Of a stretch of DNA of 7,555 bases, positions 6,815 to 7,555 are shown in pieces; positions within the stretch are counted from its first letter, which is position 1, and the number at the start of each line of letters is the position of its first letter. The position numbers and the translations under genes were made by a program. Below the pieces are notes generated by a model that worked only from the letters and a program-made list of their open reading frames with translations, made no database searches and was not told where the DNA came from. Origin of the DNA: Octopus sinensis (taxonomy: Eukaryota); the NCBI RefSeq assembly GCF_006345805.1, contig NW_021828832.1, positions 1-7,555 on the forward strand, read 5' to 3'.

Positions 6815-7024
6815 GCTATACAGATTAGACCTGTTTAACGTTGTCAGTGTCTGTGAGGGTAAAATAAAAAATCTTTCTGTAGAGACAAAATGGGAAATTT
6901 ATTTTCCCTTCGCTGAAGATCTGCGAAGACTAGAAACCCATTTGGTTGATACCACTTTTCTGTTAACTATACTGTAATCACTTTGTTCACAGTGAGGCTA
7001 GAATTGCATTCTTAAAAACATTTT

Positions 7025-7214
7025 CACAACACACACACACACACATTTATATACACATCCTTACATTCATGGATGTATTTATCCATAAACACTTTACATA
7101 GATACATACACAAATACAGATACACATATCCACGCACGTACACAGGCATTCATGTATATATTTATCCATGTACAGACTTTTATATGTATACATACTTTCA
7201 ACTATCTATCTATA

Positions 7215-7271
<57 letters not shown>

Positions 7272-7328
7272 CTATCTATCTATCTATCTATCTATTTATA
7301 TATCTATCTATTATATATACGTATGTAT

Positions 7329-7381
<53 letters not shown>

Positions 7382-7437
7382 TGCGTGCGTGCGTGTTTTT
7401 GTGTGTGTGAATGTATGCATGCATACACACGCACACA
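7025..7437. repeat. Compound microsatellite (CA)n, (TATC)n, (TG)n
   Basis: (CA)n about 7030-7045, CA/TA-rich linker, (TATC)n 7202-7310, (TG)n 7334-7373, then (TGCG)n. Confidence 0.97.
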
Positions 7438-7555
7438 TCCTCGACATTCAATGAGCGATATGTGATTGAATATACACCGTTCAGACAGCCGACCTTTAAC
7501 TACCAGAGAAGCTGGCAACAGTGAAAGGCTTCTAAGAGAAGGCAATTTCCGTTTT

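Noticed and set aside
7073-7545. ORFs 7073-7465, 7152-7454, 7168-7410, 7288-7545
   Set aside because: (TATC)n gives IYLS repeats and (TG)n gives VC/HT repeats; not coding.

Overview
AT-rich, microsatellite-dense eukaryotic (animal) genomic DNA. The repeat style and tRNA-derived SINEs look like octopus/coleoid cephalopod sequence (inference from recollection, not a database result). I see no credible multi-codon protein-coding region: almost all supplied ORFs are translations of microsatellites, a minisatellite or SINEs. Supported content: three tRNA-headed SINEs (two inverted copies of one family at 452-772 + and 2846-3154 -, and a related second family at 6581-6814 -), two diverged 3' tails of an (AAC)n-ending retroposon-like repeat (1-164, 4473-4650), a 17-bp minisatellite (4784-5103), a 10-bp tandem repeat (2461-2550) and several compound microsatellites. 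The most informative non-repeat signal is at 1954-2010: a near-consensus Staf/ZNF143 site, then a YY1 motif overlapping ATG GCG and a GTGGGT donor. This resembles the promoter/first exon of a housekeeping gene, with most of the downstream window then being intron. Nothing indicates a prokaryotic system, CRISPR array or a demonstrably new biological system; the findings are hypotheses to test.
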